From Kineococcus radiotolerans SRS30216 = ATCC BAA-149 (GTDB lineage: Bacteria; Actinomycetota; Actinomycetes; Actinomycetales; Kineococcaceae), in assembly GCF_000017305.1 (NCBI RefSeq), contig NC_009664.2, positions 30,001 through 62,000 on the forward strand: a DNA stretch of 32,000 bases. The letters run 5' to 3'. The translations under genes and the position numbers were made by a program. Below are positions 6,372 through 14,519 of the stretch, in pieces (position 1 is the stretch's first letter; the number at the start of each line of letters is the position of its first letter). The notes under the pieces were generated by a model. The model ran no database searches. It saw nothing but the letters and a program-made list of their open reading frames with translations, and had not been told where the DNA came from.

Positions 6372-7130
6372 TCAGGCGAGATTGGCGTCAGCCCACACCC
6401 CCATGGCCTCGCACAGCCAACCGGCGAGGCCCGTCTCGACGTCGTCGTAGAAGGAGCGGAAGCGCTGATCCTCGACGTAGGTGTCGGCCAGTCCGCGGTA
6501 GGCGGCGCGGTCCGGCGTCCAGTGCGCAGCGACGGCAGCGTAGTGCTCGGCGACAATCGCCTGGACACCCTCATCACCTGGAGCCGCGCCTCGCCGTTTC
6601 GCCGCGCCCATCCGCTCGGCGAGGTCGCGATGCTCACGCCCGCTACGTTCGAAGTCCTCCCGCTCCCAGCCGGCCGTCCGCTCACGCGCCTGTGCGAAAG
6701 CCACGCGGACGCTCTCGCCGTGCTGGGCCACGAGCTCCTCCTCGTAGCGGTCGCGGTCGCGGGCCAGCCCCTCGAAGAACTGCTGCTCGCTCATGTCGTC
6801 CCTTCCCTCCAGGTGGGCCGCGGTGCGACGGACTGTCGCGGCCAGGCGGGCCAAGCGGGCCCCCTCTGCCTCGAGCCGGTCGGCGTGGACGCGCAGAGCC
6901 GCGACCTCGTCGTGGTCCCCGGCCAGGACCTGCCCGACGACGGCCAGGGGCACCCCGAGCTCGCGCAGCACCATGATCCGTTGCAGCCGCAACAGGTGCT
7001 CTCGCTCGTAGAGCCGGACCCCACCCGCCCCGGTGCCGGCTGGTACGAGCAACCCCACGGCGTCGTAGTGCCGCAGCGTGCGCGCCGTCGTTCCCGACAT
7101 CCGCGCCACCTCAGCTGTCGTCCACGTCAC
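6372..7130 (-). CDS. MerR family transcriptional regulator with a TipAS-like C-terminal domain
   Basis: N-terminal HTH TTAEVARMSGTTARTLRHYDAVGLL. The long C-terminal domain (EHYAAVAAHWTPDRAAYRGLADTYVEDQRFRSFYD) resembles TipAS antibiotic-recognition domains. GTG start at 7130. Confidence 0.85.
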   Translation of the reverse strand: MTWTTAEVARMSGTTARTLRHYDAVGLLVPAGTGAGGVRLYEREHLLRLQRIMVLRELGVPLAVVGQVLAGDHDEVAALRVHADRLEAEGARLARLAATVRRTAAHLEGRDDMSEQQFFEGLARDRDRYEEELVAQHGESVRVAFAQARERTAGWEREDFERSGREHRDLAERMGAAKRRGAAPGDEGVQAIVAEHYAAVAAHWTPDRAAYRGLADTYVEDQRFRSFYDDVETGLAGWLCEAMGVWADANLA

Positions 7131-7194
7131 CGGTCCACTCCTGCCTGCACCCGTTCACCACGGCGCCGGCAAGACGATCCCACCGACCCCAGGG

Positions 7195-7225
7195 ACGCTA
7201 GAGGCTGACGCAGCGTCAGCCGCAA
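7195..7225 (-). promoter_or_regulatory. MerR-type promoter: -35 TTGCGG, 19-bp spacer containing a perfect dyad, -10 TAGCGT
   Basis: The minus strand reads TTGCGG-ctgacgctgcgtcagcctc-TAGCGT. The palindrome GGCTGACGC(T)GCGTCAGCC spans 7203-7221. It lies about 65 nt upstream of the MerR GTG. Confidence 0.65.
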
Positions 7226-7405
7226 GACGAGGGGACGAAAGGACGAGACTGCCACCCGGGCCGGTGACAGCGAGGTCACCTGTCGAGGACCGCCCCCGGA
7301 ACGGACAGAGCAAACCGACTTACCGCTCACATCGATTCGCTGAGGGCGAACCGGAGGTCACGTCGGGCCCCACGGAACGCTCAGGAGGACTCGGGAGGAC
7401 TCAGC

Positions 7406-7963
7406 TCAGGCGAGGATCCCCGCCGTCGCCATGCCCACCCGGCGGCGGGTAGCCACCTCGTCGTCCTTGAACCGGTCCACGGCCCACGACAGCGCCAGGA
7501 CCAGTTCGTAGACCTCCTCAGCGCTGATCGTGCCGGGGGTGTTCTCGCCGACTCCCGCCCGGGCGAGGAGGGCCGCTGTCCGCTGCAGCAGGGGGTTGCA
7601 CGCCGACTGCACGGGCGAGGTGGTGTCCTCGTGGGCGGTGGCCAGGCAGTAGGGCAGGTCGTGCCAGATGCGCAGCCGCCACGTCAGCAGCACCAGCCAC
7701 TCCCCCAGCGCCGCGCGCGGGGTGAGCGTGCGGGAGAGCTCGTCCGCCTCCGCCAGGGTTTCGGTGATGCTGTCCTGGATGGCCGCGGCCAGCAGGTCAT
7801 CGCGGGTGGGGAAGTTGCGGTAGAGGGTCGCGTTGCCGACCCCGGCGCGGGCGGCGATGCCGTCCAGGGAGGTCAGCACACCCTCCACCTCGAAGGCCTC
7901 GCGGGCAGCGCGCAGGATCGCCTCGCGGTTGCGCCGGGCATCAGCGCGCAGCGGTCGCGTCAC
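7406..7963 (-). CDS. TetR/AcrR family transcriptional regulator
   Basis: HTH TSLDGIAARAGVGNATLYRNFPTRDDL. Start is GTG 7963, with an alternative ATG at 8071. The track ORF to 8902 is an upstream shadow. Confidence 0.85.
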   Translation of the reverse strand: MTRPLRADARRNREAILRAAREAFEVEGVLTSLDGIAARAGVGNATLYRNFPTRDDLLAAAIQDSITETLAEADELSRTLTPRAALGEWLVLLTWRLRIWHDLPYCLATAHEDTTSPVQSACNPLLQRTAALLARAGVGENTPGTISAEEVYELVLALSWAVDRFKDDEVATRRRVGMATAGILA

Positions 7964-8049
7964 CTCACCGGTGTCCGCGGTGCGCGATCGCTCACGTGCC
8001 CCACCAACTCCTCGCGGTACGGGGACCACGTGCCCTCCTCCTTGACCAA

Positions 8050-8093
8050 GTGGGGAGGTTCCCCACATCATGTGCAGCGGGGACAGTCCCCAC
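8050..8093. promoter_or_regulatory. Two related 17-bp palindromic operators in the TetR/SDR divergent region
   Basis: GTGGGGAggtTCCCCAC (8050-8066) and GCGGGGAcagTCCCCAC (8077-8093). They share 13/17 identical positions and their centres are 27 bp apart. Confidence 0.6.
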
Positions 8094-8110
8094 TTCACTG
8101 AGGAGTCTAG

Positions 8111-8836
8111 ATGAACCACCCCCTCACCGGCCGCACCGTCCTCGTCACCGGCGCCAACGGCGGACTCGGCGAGCAGTTCGTGCACCAGGCCCTGCAGCGC
8201 GGCGCGGCGAAGGTCTACGCCGCTGCCCGCACCCCCCGGACCTGGGACGACTCCCGCATCACCCCACTGAGGCTCGACCTGACCGACCCCGAGGCCGCCA
8301 CCCGCGCCGCGGCAGGCGCCCGCGACGTCGACGTGCTCATCAACAACGCCGGCATCGCCCCCGCCGGCGACTCCATCAGCGGTCCCGAGGACGACCTCCG
8401 CCAGATCTTCGAGACCAACTTCTTCGGCACCCTGCGCGTGGCCAACGCCTTCGCCCCCGTCCTCGCCATCCACGGCGGGGGCAGCCTGCTCAACGTCCTC
8501 TCCGCCGCGGCCTGGATCAACATCCCCACCGGCTACGCCGCCTCCAAGGCCGCGATGTGGTCCGCGACCAACGCCCTGCGAGTGCAGCTGCGCGCTCAGG
8601 GCACCCAGGTCATCGGCCTGCTCGTCGGCATGGTCGACACCCCCATGGCCGCGAGCTGGGACGTGCCCAAGGTCAGCCCCGCCAGCGTCGTCGCCCAGGC
8701 CTACGACGCCATCGCCGACGGCTCCTTCGAGGTCCTGGCCGACGACACCACGCGCCACCTGAAGTCGCGACTGAACACGCCGGCTGAGGAGCTCTACCCT
8801 TGGCTCGACCAGCAGCTCGCCTCCTTCGTTCCCTGA
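8111..8836 (+). CDS. SDR family oxidoreductase
   Basis: VTGANGGLG, NNAG and YAASK motifs. GAGGAG precedes the ATG. Confidence 0.9.
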   Translation: MNHPLTGRTVLVTGANGGLGEQFVHQALQRGAAKVYAAARTPRTWDDSRITPLRLDLTDPEAATRAAAGARDVDVLINNAGIAPAGDSISGPEDDLRQIFETNFFGTLRVANAFAPVLAIHGGGSLLNVLSAAAWINIPTGYAASKAAMWSATNALRVQLRAQGTQVIGLLVGMVDTPMAASWDVPKVSPASVVAQAYDAIADGSFEVLADDTTRHLKSRLNTPAEELYPWLDQQLASFVP

Positions 8837-9106
8837 ACGCCGGCTCGCGGCACGGAGAGGCCCAGAACGGACGGGTGCTCTCAGGCCAGCGGACTCCATC
8901 ACCCGCCCTCGCGAAGATCGCGGCCATACCGCGGTGAGGAACGTCCATCAAGAAGCCTCGGTGCTCGCCTCGTCCCGTACGTTCACGGCTGCCCGTGAGG
9001 AAACGATCGAGGGAGGACGTTGGCCCCAGCTCACTGGTGGGCATCGATCCGGAGACTTCCGCGCCGTCCGCCCCTTCCTCGAAGAACGCAGAAGCCTGCG
9101 CGGTGC

Positions 9107-9878
9107 TCAGGTACTCAATCCCCGGACTGGCGACCACGTTCGCTGCGCTCCGTGAGTCTGCGTCTGCGCATCGGCCCTCTCGATGGCGCAGGCGACGTCG
9201 GTCTCGCCACGGCGTGAGGGGCTCCAGTCGTGCGGTTCTCTGACGTGCTCGACCGACGATCTCCAGAGCCGGCGCTTCGACAGCATGATGGCGCCGCCGA
9301 CGCCGATCATCATCACCCCGCCGGTGGCGCCGAGGCGGGACAGGCGACGTGTGAGCCAACCGCGGGCAGCGCCGGTGGTCAACGCCCAGGCGGTGTCGAA
9401 GGCCAGTCCGATGAGGAGGTGAATGGTCCCGAGGACGAGGACCTGGCTCCGGACCGGCCCGGTGGCCGCGGCGGTGAGCTGCGGCAGGACCGTGACGAGG
9501 AAGATCGCCGGCTCGGGGTTGGTGCGCCCACGAGAAAGCTCTCGCGCAGCGACCTGCGCGCGGGCACCTCAGCGGGGTAGCGCGTGTCGGTCGTGGCAGT
9601 GGCTGCCGTCGTGGTTGGGGTCGGGGCCATGGTCGGCGCCGTGGTCGGAGCCGTGGGTATGGCCGTCGTGTGGTGGCGGTGCCGGATGGCTCGGACGCCG
9701 AGGTGGAGAAGGTAGAGGGCCCCCACCGTCTTCAAGACGGTGAAGGCAACCACGGACTGCGCGAACAGACCCCAACGCTGGCGGCGACGGCCAGCACCTG
9801 CGGCAGCATCCCCGAGGCGTTGCCGCGCACGATGAGCAGCCGCGCCCCGCTCCCCGCCGCCCGCCCGACGAGCCGGAG
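9107..9878 (-). pseudogene. LysE/RhtB family amino-acid exporter, decayed (5' truncated, at least two frameshifts)
   Basis: Three reverse frames together read GRAAGSGARLLIVRGNASGMLPQVLAVAASVG / LFAQSVVAFTVLKTVGALYLLHLGVRAIR / TNPEPAIFLVTVLPQL...GVMMIGVGGAIML, which aligns to the RhtB/LysE pattern. Frame changes lie near 9766-9775 and 9521-9530. No TM1-encoding 5' end is present. Confidence 0.6.
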
Positions 9879-10373
9879 TTACCTCCGCACCGCACTGGAC
9901 ACGGCCGAGGGACCCAGCCGGACAGGGCTCTGCTCCTTAACCGACCCCAACCGCAACATGGTCGTGGCCCGACGAGCACCGATGCGGGGCAGGGCCCGCA
10001 GGACCTCCTGCAGTTCAGCCGTCCCGGCCGCGGCCACGTGCAGGAGGACGTCGTCGGCTCCACTCACCGCGTCAGCCCGCAGCACCTGCGGCATCCGCGT
10101 CACGGCCTGAGCGAAACGCGCTGCGCTGTCCTCGTCGTGCTCCTCCAGCACCACCAGCACGAACGCCTGCAGACCGACACCGACGCGCTCGAGATCCACC
10201 CGGGCGTGCACCCCGGTGATCACCCCGTCGGCGCGCAGGCGCGCCACCCGCCGCAGCGTCGCCGCCGGGGACAGGCCCACCGCACGCGCCAACTCGACGT
10301 TCGGGACGTCCCCCTGACGTTGCAGGACGTCGACGATGGCGCAATCCAAGGGGTCCAAGTCGCTACTCAACAC
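9879..10373 (-). CDS. Lrp/AsnC family transcriptional regulator
   Basis: HTH DCAIVDVLQRQGDVPNVELARAVGLSPAATLRRVARL followed by a RAM-like domain. Start is GTG 10373 or TTG 10370. The track ORF extends to 10472. Confidence 0.85.
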   Translation of the reverse strand: MLSSDLDPLDCAIVDVLQRQGDVPNVELARAVGLSPAATLRRVARLRADGVITGVHARVDLERVGVGLQAFVLVVLEEHDEDSAARFAQAVTRMPQVLRADAVSGADDVLLHVAAAGTAELQEVLRALPRIGARRATTMLRLGSVKEQSPVRLGPSAVSSAVRR

Positions 10374-10374
10374 A

Positions 10375-10384
10375 ACAATATTGT
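10375..10384. promoter_or_regulatory. AT-rich perfect palindrome ACAATATTGT flanked by CAACAC direct repeats (candidate Lrp site)
   Basis: Read directly. It is the only AT-rich patch in the Lrp/M20 divergent intergenic region and abuts the Lrp start codon. Confidence 0.4.
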
Positions 10385-10447
10385 GCAACACGCCCGTGCC
10401 GATCCACACGGTTGCGTCCGCGAACGGTCCCGCCACATGGTGCCGCC

Positions 10448-11773
10448 ATGTCCTTCCCGCGTGAACGCCCACCCCGGCCAGCCGGCTCGGAGCTGTCTCC
10501 CCGCGAGGCCGCGGTGCTCGACGCCGTTGACGCGCCGTGGCTCCTCAACCGCCTCCTCGAGCTGGTCGCCATCCCCTCCCTCGGCGGCACGGCCGCCGAG
10601 TCCGAAGCCCAGCACCTGGTGGCCGGCTGGCTGGAGGAGCTCGACACCGACGTCGACCGCTGGGCCATCGACCTCACGGAGGCCGCGAGCGCCCCGGACG
10701 CCCCCGGCCAGGAGGTCCAGCGCAGCGAGGCGTGGGGCGTGGTGGGCACCCTGCGCGGCAGAGAGGGCAGGGAAGGCGAGGACAGCGGGCAGCCGGCGCT
10801 GGTGCTCTGCGGGCACACCGACGTCGTCCCCGCCGGCGACCCGACGCTGTGGCCCGGAGACCCCTTCAGCCCCCGCATCGAAGGCGGCGCCGTGCACGGG
10901 CGCGGCACCTGCGACATGAAAGGCGGCCTGGTCGCCGCCCTGGCCGCCGTGCGGGCCCTGCGGAGCGCCGGTGTGCGGCTGGTCCGGCCGCTGGCCGTGC
11001 ACAGCGTCATGGGCGAGGAGGACGGCGGCCTCGGGACATGGGCCACCCTGCGCCGCGGGCACCGCGGCGACGCCTGCATCATCCCCGAACCCACCGCCGG
11101 TGCGGTGATGACCGCCCACGCCGGCGCGCTGACCTTCCGCCTCACCCTCACCGGTCTCGCCGCCCACGCCGCCAACCGCCACCTCGGCGTCAGCGCCGTC
11201 GAACTCTTCGAGCACGTCCACACCGCGCTACTGGCCCTGGAGGCCGGCCGCCAGCCCACCGACCGCTCCCGCTTCGGGAACCACCCCTTCCCCTACGGCC
11301 TCTCCATCGGACGACTGCGCGCCGGCGAGTGGGCCAGCACCGTGCCCGACCGGCTGGTGGCCGAAGGGCGGTTCGGCGTGCGACTCGGTGAGCCGGTGGA
11401 AACGGCCCGGGCTGAGTTCGAGAGCTGCGTCGCCGCAGCGTGCGCCACCCACCCCTGGCTGGCCCAGCACCCCGCACAGGTCGAGTGGGTCGGGGGCATC
11501 TACGCCAGCAGTCAGATGCCGACCGGCTCCCCACTGCTGCCAGCACTTCAGCGAGCCGTCACCGACGCCGGTGGCGCCACACCCCCGGAGCGCGCATTGA
11601 GCGCCGGCACCGACCTGCGGTTCTACACGGGCGCAGGCATCCCCACCCTGCACCACGGCCCCGGTGACCTGCGCCTGGCCCACGGCCCAGGCGAGCAGGT
11701 GCCGATCGAGGACCTGCTGCTCTCCGCCCGAAGCCTCGCCCTGCTCGCGATGCGCACCTGCGGGGTGGCGTGA
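10448..11773 (+). CDS. M20 family metallopeptidase / ArgE-DapE-type deacylase
   Basis: LCGHTDVVP, GRGTCDMKGG and GEEDGG metal-ligand motifs. Start is ATG 10448, with an alternative TTG at 10412. Confidence 0.9.
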   Translation: MSFPRERPPRPAGSELSPREAAVLDAVDAPWLLNRLLELVAIPSLGGTAAESEAQHLVAGWLEELDTDVDRWAIDLTEAASAPDAPGQEVQRSEAWGVVGTLRGREGREGEDSGQPALVLCGHTDVVPAGDPTLWPGDPFSPRIEGGAVHGRGTCDMKGGLVAALAAVRALRSAGVRLVRPLAVHSVMGEEDGGLGTWATLRRGHRGDACIIPEPTAGAVMTAHAGALTFRLTLTGLAAHAANRHLGVSAVELFEHVHTALLALEAGRQPTDRSRFGNHPFPYGLSIGRLRAGEWASTVPDRLVAEGRFGVRLGEPVETARAEFESCVAAACATHPWLAQHPAQVEWVGGIYASSQMPTGSPLLPALQRAVTDAGGATPPERALSAGTDLRFYTGAGIPTLHHGPGDLRLAHGPGEQVPIEDLLLSARSLALLAMRTCGVA

Positions 11774-11957
11774 GCACGGCAACCCCTCAGCATGGCACCG
11801 CCTCACGCGCGACCCGCAGGCTGACCATGACCCAGTTCGCTGGGAAACCGGGTCAAGCTCCGCGTGAGCAGCTGATGGTCGCGCAGAGGGGGGCTCACCT
11901 CACCACTTGTCTCACCATGGATTGCGGACCCGCTGAGACCGTCCCAGCCTCATCGGC

Positions 11958-12571
11958 ATGACTGACGAGGCGGTGCCGCAGCGAGTCGTGGAGCTGGTGC
12001 CGGACGGGCTCCGGCTGCACCTGGCTCAAGTCCCCACCGAACAGTTCGGCTGCTCGGGCGTGACGTGCTGGCGACGACTGCGGGACTGGACCGAAGTCGG
12101 CGTCTGGCCGCAGCTGCATCAAGTCCTGCTCGAGGAGCTACGCGCCGCCGGCAAGCTGGACCTGGACACCGCGGTGGTGGACGGCTCGCACGTGCGGGCG
12201 CTCAAAGGGGGGCTCACACCGGCCCTTCGCCGGTGGACCGGACCCGCAACGGATCCAAGCACCACCTCCTCACCGACTCCGGCGGTGTTCCGCTGGTCGT
12301 GACCCTCACCGGCGGCAACCGCCACGACGTTCCCCCGCGAGCGGGAGGTGCCCCCACCCGACTGCTGCCGCTGATCGACGCTCCCCGTCGTGCGCGGTGT
12401 CCGCGGCCGACCTCGCCTGCACCCGGGCTACCTCTACGCCGACCGCTGCTGGCTCCGCCGGACGGATGGGTCAACGCATCCCCCCAGCTGTTCACGAGCT
12501 GGCACCAGCGGCGAACCTTGCCGGCTGCTCAGCAGTGCATCGACGGTCTTCTCGACAGCGGCATCGGCTGA
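11958..12571 (+). pseudogene. IS5-family (DDE) transposase relic with frameshifts and internal deletions
   Basis: Fragments lie in three frames: CWRRLRDWTEVGVWPQLHQVLLEELRAAGKLDLDTAVVDGSHVRALKGG / GPSPVDRTRNGSKHHLLTDSGGVPLVVTLTGGNRHDV / VRGRPRLHPGYLYADR. One frame change falls in the G6 run at 12207-12212. Confidence 0.7.
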
Positions 12572-12586
12572 CTCATGCCCTTTGCG

Positions 12587-13999
12587 TCACAGGGTCGGAA
12601 CCGCAGGCCGGGTGGCCTTCGTGGCCAGATCGCGCCGGTACACGGCGGCGGGGTGGTCCTTGCGGACCCGGCGCTGCCCCGGCCCGTACAGCTTCTCCCG
12701 CGCGGTGACCCCCTCGTCGTACTCGTCCCAGTACCGTCCTCGGCGCTGCAGCTCGGGCACGACCAGGTCGATGAAATCGACGAACGTGCCCGGGGTGGCG
12801 GCGTAGGCGAGGTTGAAGCCGTCGATGTCGGCGGCCTCCATCCAGTGCTCGAGCTCGTCGGCCACCGTCGCCGGCGATCCCACGAACACCGGCCCCATCG
12901 CGCCGATCCCCACGAAGTGGGCGACCTCACGCGGGGTCCACTCCCGGGAGGGGTCGGCTCCGGAGAAGATCTCCAGCGCGAAGCGGGCGGAGTCGGTCTC
13001 GACGTACTGCAGCGGCTGGTCGGGATCGAGGGCGGAGAGGTCGACGCCGGTGATGCCGGCGTAGAAGGCCAGCGCGCCTTCGTAGTCGGTCCAGGTCAGC
13101 AGCTCGGCGTACTTCGCCTGCGCCTCCTCATCGGTGGGGGCCACGACGGTGGTGATCTCGGTGAAGATCAGCAGGCTGCGCGGGTCGCGACCGGCCTGAG
13201 CGGCCTGGGCGCGGATGTCATCGACGTAGCCGCGGAGGACCTGCGCGGTGGGGGCGACGGTGAAGACGGCTTCGGCGTTGCGGGCGGCGAACGCTCGCCC
13301 GGTGCTGGAGGTACCGGCCTGCCAGATCACCGGGGTGCGCTGGGGGGACGGCTCCGCCAGGTGGATCCCGGGGACGGAGAAGTAGACGCCCTCGTGCTCG
13401 ATGGGGTGGACCTTGGCCGGGTCGGCGTACACCTTGGTGGCCCGGTCGGCCACGACGGCGTCCTCCTCCCAGGACCCTTCCCACAGCTTGTAGCAGACGT
13501 CGACGACTTCGGCGGCGAGCTCGTAGCGCTCGTCGTGGGACATCTGCCGATCCATGCCGAGGTTGCGGGCGGCGCCGTCGAGGTAGGAGGTGACGATGTT
13601 CCAGGCGATGCGCCCACCGGTGAGGTGGTCCAGGGAGCTGAAGCGCCGGGCCAGGGCGTAGGGCTGCTCGTAGGTCGCCGAGACGGTGATCCCGAACGAC
13701 AGCTTGCTGGTGACCGCGGGCATGGCGCTGACCTGCATGAGGGGGTCGTGCACGGGCACCTGCATGCCGGATCGGAGGGAGGCGTCGGCGGAGTCCTGGT
13801 AGGTGTCGTACACGCCGAGGACGTCGGCGATGAAGAGGCCGTCGAACTTGCCTCGTTCGAGCAGCTGCGCCAGCTCGGTCCAGTAGCTCAGGTCGTTGTA
13901 GCGGGTGGACTGGTCACTCGGGTGGGCCTACAAGCCCGGCGACTGGTGCATCACGCACGTCATGTCGAAGGCGTTGAGCCGGATGCGCGAAGGGGACAT
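12587..13999 (-). pseudogene. LLM-class flavin-dependent monooxygenase (NtaA/SnaA/DszA family) with an in-frame TAG
   Basis: ATG 13999 is preceded by GAGGAG. The protein reads MSPSRIRLNAFDMTCVMHQSPGL*AHPSDQS...GKFDGLFIADVLG, with TAG at 13928-13930. The intact paralog at 19865 has Trp at that position (HGQWRRPD). The track ORF 12587..13813 is the part after the stop. Confidence 0.8.
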
Positions 14000-14094
14000 C
14001 GGTTCTCCTCGTGATGAGCAGTTGCTGCTGCTGGCGCCGTCTCCCGGGACTCAGGCGTAGCGGCGAGCAGGGATCTCACGACCACAGCTGAGCG

Positions 14095-14124
14095 CGGTGG
14101 TGGCCGGTGGTGCCCGGTGGTGTC
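14095..14124. repeat. Tandem 10-bp repeat CGGTGGTGnC x3
   Basis: Read directly (cggtggtggc, cggtggtgcc, cggtggtgtc). It lies in the divergent control region between the LLM pseudogene and the riboswitch promoter. Confidence 0.85.
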
Positions 14125-14241
14125 CTGGGCGTGTCCCGATTCAACCACCGGGTACGTGCCTCACCCGTCGCGGCGGCTGATCAGCGTGGGCGGCGCAGGG
14201 ATGTTGCGCTGGCGCTCCGCCAAGGCGCCGGGTGGAGGTGG

Positions 14242-14271
14242 TTGACACCGGGCGGGGAAAGCTCCTAGCTT
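14242..14271 (+). promoter_or_regulatory. Candidate sigma-70-type promoter: TTGACA, 18 nt, TAGCTT
   Basis: -35 TTGACA at 14242-14247 and -10 TAGCTT at 14266-14271. The predicted start falls about 7 nt downstream, at the first G of the riboswitch P1. Confidence 0.55.
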
Positions 14272-14278
14272 CTTCCTC

Positions 14279-14390
14279 GGTCATGAGTGACAGCTGTAGG
14301 CCCTGGCTGGCTGTCCGGCAACCCTCCTTCCGTGGCGGGGTGCCCCAGGTGACGACCCGGCCGGGCGACGTGCCCGGCAAGTGCGGAGCT
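14279..14390 (+). promoter_or_regulatory. SAM-IV riboswitch
   Basis: GGTCATGAGTGACAGC...GCTGTCCGGCAACCCTCCTTCCGTGGCGGGGTGCCCCAGGTGACGACC...CCGGGCGACGTGCCCGGCAAGTGCGG closely follows the SAM-IV sequence I recall (GGUCAUGAGUGCCAGC..GCUGGCCGGCAACCCUCC..GGGGUGCCCCGGGUGAUGACC..GGCAAGCGCGG). There is a compensatory change in the P2 stem (ACAGC/GCTGT versus CCAGC/GCUGG). Confidence 0.85.
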
Positions 14391-14402
14391 GAGGAGAAGC
14401 AC

Positions 14403-14519
14403 GTGATCCCCACGTCGGAGCGGGTCCTGCAGTCGGTGCTGCTCGTCGAGCGTCGCCACGTGGACCTGGTGCGCACCGGCAGCGCGGCCTGTCGCCCCGG
14501 ACGCGCCTGCCCCGTCTGA
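14403..14519 (+). CDS. Small ORF (38 aa) immediately after the riboswitch
   Basis: GAGGAG (14391-14396), a 6-nt spacer, then GTG 14403. It encodes VIPTSERVLQSVLLVERRHVDLVRTGSAACRPGRACPV. GC3 is about 35/38. The TGA stop overlaps the palindrome at 14518-14534. Confidence 0.45.
   Translation: MIPTSERVLQSVLLVERRHVDLVRTGSAACRPGRACPV

Noticed and set aside
5904-7208. 434-aa plus-strand ORF with a Cys-rich stretch (GCYCGGCRGGVSSECCSQDRCGSNNSTVIPRCVRCGRR) that could suggest a RiPP-like or metal-binding peptide
   Set aside because: Most of the ORF is the antisense shadow of the well-supported MerR/TipA-like gene (6372-7130). The Cys-rich part has no start codon or RBS of its own and runs straight through repeat copy 9. 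GC3 also collapses on both sides of it.
7964-8902. Upstream 300+ codons of ORF 7406..8902, which would make a 498-aa TetR-fusion protein
   Set aside because: The TetR fold is complete from GTG 7963. The extension is antisense to the SDR gene (8111-8836) and has shadow composition.
8837-9106. Possible gene fragment on the minus strand (VVASPGIEYLSTAQASAFFEEGADGAEVSGSMPTSELGPT)
   Set aside because: It is part of a long Arg-rich shadow ORF (8673..9359), with no start, RBS or recognisable domain. It could be decayed coding sequence, but I cannot support a call.
13928-13930. TAG as a recoded codon (pyrrolysine or programmed readthrough)
   Set aside because: There is no Pyl machinery in view and none is expected in this lineage. 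The paralog has Trp at this position, so a simple TGG-to-TAG mutation or a base-call error is far more likely.
12575-14014. 479-aa plus-strand ORF
   Set aside because: It is antisense to the LLM monooxygenase, whose own frame has clear family motifs. It shows shadow-frame composition.
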